34,903 nucleotides of DNA from a virus. The notes under the pieces are model-generated. The model did not search any database. It was not told the origin of the DNA and saw only the letters and a list, made by a program, of their open reading frames with translations. Shown one piece after another: positions 33,700 through 34,903 of the stretch. Location of the stretch: IMG/VR virus record IMGVR_UViG_3300033402_000340. One strand, given 5' to 3'. Position numbers and translations under genes: made by a program. The first letter of the stretch is position 1. Each line of letters begins with the position of its first letter.

Positions 33700-34130
33700 T
33701 GGAGAAGAAATTTTGTTCTAAATGCGGAGAGACAAAATCTACGGATTCTTTCAATAAAAAGAAAGCAGGATATAGCAGCGTCTGTCGTGATTGCCAAAAG
33801 ATATATTGGTCAGAATGGTATTCTAATCCTTCTAATCGTAGAAAACATATTTCTCAGAGTAGAGAACACTCTAAAACCCGAGAACAAAAATTAAAAGAAA
33901 TGGTCCGAGAAGCCAAGAATAAACCTTGTGCCGACTGTAGACTAATTCACCCGTACTGGCGTATGCAATTTGACCACTTGCCTGGAACAGTCAAAATGGG
34001 CACCATTAATGAAATATGGAAACATTCTGAAGAAGTGGTTTTGGCAGAAATCCAAAAATGTGAGGTAGTTTGCGCTAATTGTCATGCAGATAGAACGTAC
34101 CATCGACAAATGACCAAAACGGGGTTGTAG
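33699..34130 (+). CDS. HNH homing-type endonuclease
   Basis: Zinc-ribbon N-terminus. HNH core FDHLPG...N...VVCANCHADRTYH. The stop overlaps the start of tRNA-Ala. Confidence 0.75.
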   Translation: MEKKFCSKCGETKSTDSFNKKKAGYSSVCRDCQKIYWSEWYSNPSNRRKHISQSREHSKTREQKLKEMVREAKNKPCADCRLIHPYWRMQFDHLPGTVKMGTINEIWKHSEEVVLAEIQKCEVVCANCHADRTYHRQMTKTGL

Positions 34131-34193
34131 CTCAATCGGGAGAGCGCGAGCTTTGCAAGCTCGAGGTTGCCGGATCGTTCCCGGTCAACTCCA
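34121..34193 (+). tRNA. tRNA-Ala (anticodon TGC) with non-canonical T-loop ATCGTTC (A54/U58 swapped)
   Basis: Acceptor GGGGTTG/CAACTCC, D stem GCTC/GAGC, anticodon arm CGAGC TTTGCAA GCTCG. Confidence 0.72.
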
Positions 34194-34195
34194 CT

Positions 34196-34280
34196 GGATT
34201 GTCAGAGTCACGTAGAAAGGTGATTCGAAGGCGGGAGTACTCAACACGGGAGTGTTGACATTGTTGCCTGACAGTCCTCC
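34196..34280. other. nested-hairpin structured spacer (outer GGATTGTCAG/CTGACAGTCC, inner TCAACAC-GGGA-GTGTTGA)
   Basis: Read directly from the sequence. Confidence 0.3.
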
Positions 34281-34282
34281 AT

Positions 34283-34353
34283 TGAGGAGTCGTCTAACGG
34301 CAGGACGCGAGCTTTTGGCACTCGCTATGAAGGTTCGATTCCTTCCTCCTCAG
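34283..34353 (+). tRNA. tRNA-Gln (anticodon TTG), U1:A72, discriminator G
   Basis: Acceptor TGAGGAG/CTCCTCA. D-arm GTC TAACGGCAG GAC and variable loop CTAT match the CTG isoacceptor. Anticodon loop TTTTGGC, with a C.A at the stem end. Confidence 0.7.
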
Positions 34354-34357
34354 CTGC

Positions 34358-34470
34358 GGGGTTTTAGCTCAAGGCGAAAGTCGCACGTTTGAGTCTGGGC
34401 CCGGGTTCAAATGTGAAGGTAGAGCAGCGTCAGAAAAGGCGCAGATACGGATTCGAGTTCCGTAAACTCC
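34358..34470 (+). ncRNA. 113-nt tRNA-like element with a ~50-nt insertion inside the D-loop and a 6-nt anticodon-like loop
   Basis: Acceptor GGGGTTT/AAACTCC. D stem GCTC...GAGC encloses the insertion. Canonical T-arm ACGGA TTCGAGT TCCGT. Confidence 0.3.
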
Positions 34471-34475
34471 ACGAA

Positions 34476-34742
34476 TGCCACAGCGGGCCGCCGGGACGGC
34501 CATCGTTAAACGGAAATGATGACCTCGAGAAGAGGCTTCTTGGACTGGTCTCGTGCAAGATCTTCTGGGCGAGGTTCAGCTGAACACTGCACGAGATTGG
34601 GTGGACTCTTGAGTTGCGGAAGCACCGGACTCCGCTGCGTTTGGTAACAAACGCAGACCTGGCCGTAAACTGCCGGAGTAGGGAAGCGCGTTTGCGAGAG
34701 TTCTTTACCCTGGAGTGGCGGGTTCGACTCCCGCCTGTGGCA
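34476..34742 (+). ncRNA. 267-nt tRNA-like element: tRNA-type 5' end (acceptor plus D-arm GGCC...GGCC) and 3' end (T-arm GCGGG TTCGACT CCCGC plus acceptor) enclosing ~190 nt. It is a candidate intron-containing tRNA or a tRNA-derived structured RNA.
   Basis: Acceptor GCCACAG/CTGTGGC is perfectly complementary. No G3:U70. Confidence 0.3.
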
Positions 34743-34903
34743 CTCAAGATTCCATCACTTCTTGCACGCAAAGATACTCGAAGATCTCACGGTCAATCTC
34801 GTGATATGCGGGATTGCTGTTATTAGATCGATCGTATCGAGCATCTGCCCGTCGACATTTTCCGCATCGGGGCTCGAAGCTGCCATCGGTACCCTTGGTC
34901 GCC

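Noticed and set aside
34476-34742. tmRNA (ssrA) hypothesis for the 267-nt tRNA-like element
   Set aside because: The T-arm resembles tmRNA, but the acceptor stem lacks the G3:U70 alanine identity pair. No tag ORF ending in ...AA or ...LAA is present, and the element is too short.
33087-34771. ORFs overlapping RNase P RNA and the tRNAs (33087..33311, 33439..33690, 34389..34583, 34430..34771)
   Set aside because: They lie within clearly structured RNA genes.
25700-34903. Host chromosomal tuf/tRNA/rnpB locus flanking a prophage
   Set aside because: The island has interleaved HNH and Endo VII genes, duplicated and aberrant tRNAs, and tail-bearing small ORFs (28875..29090, 29767..30078) inside it. 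This is more consistent with a phage tRNA island. It cannot be fully excluded without flanking sequence.

Overview
This 34.9-kb window looks like a segment of a large bacteriophage (probably jumbo-phage-like) genome with two contrasting parts.

Positions 1-24,800 are a dense, almost entirely plus-strand array of about 55 short ORFs. Many are chained by ATGA or TGATG stop/start overlaps. Identifiable products among them are an ATP-dependent DNA ligase with a SWIM-type zinc finger, the RNA ligase RtcB, a DUF4326 protein, a nucleoside-hydrolase-like protein, a HAD-family 5'-nucleotidase, and a minus-strand 852-aa protein that reads as a major-vault-protein (MVP)-like giant.

The most striking feature of this part is that about 35 otherwise unrelated small ORFs, on both strands, end in the same C-terminal tail. 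The consensus is roughly hydrophobic-V-R/K-E/Q-V/I-M-E-S followed by the stop codon, for example ...MVREVMES, ...KVRQVMES, ...IVRNIMES. The tail is conserved at the amino-acid level: Ser is encoded by TCN or AGC, and Arg by CGN or AGA.

Positions 24,800-34,903 are a translation and tRNA-processing island. It holds more than 20 bacterial-type tRNA genes, including a class II tRNA-Tyr, tRNA-His with G-1, and tRNA-Gln with U1:A72. It also holds a clear bacterial type-A RNase P RNA, a divergent EF-Tu, three HNH and one Endo VII-like endonuclease genes wedged between tRNAs, and an FGE/sulfatase-modifying-factor-like secreted protein.

The island also contains a family of aberrant tRNA-like loci. 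Four are 130-140-nt units whose variable region carries a conserved module of about 65 nt with two GNRA hairpins. Two loci are arranged as 3'-half followed by 5'-half, a permuted or split layout. Two further loci are longer, 113 nt and 267 nt. Several tRNAs have a swapped A54/U58 T-loop, a 9-nt anticodon loop, or a serine anticodon on a class-I body.

All tRNA and ncRNA calls were folded by hand, so their coordinates may be a few nucleotides off. No CRISPR array was seen.
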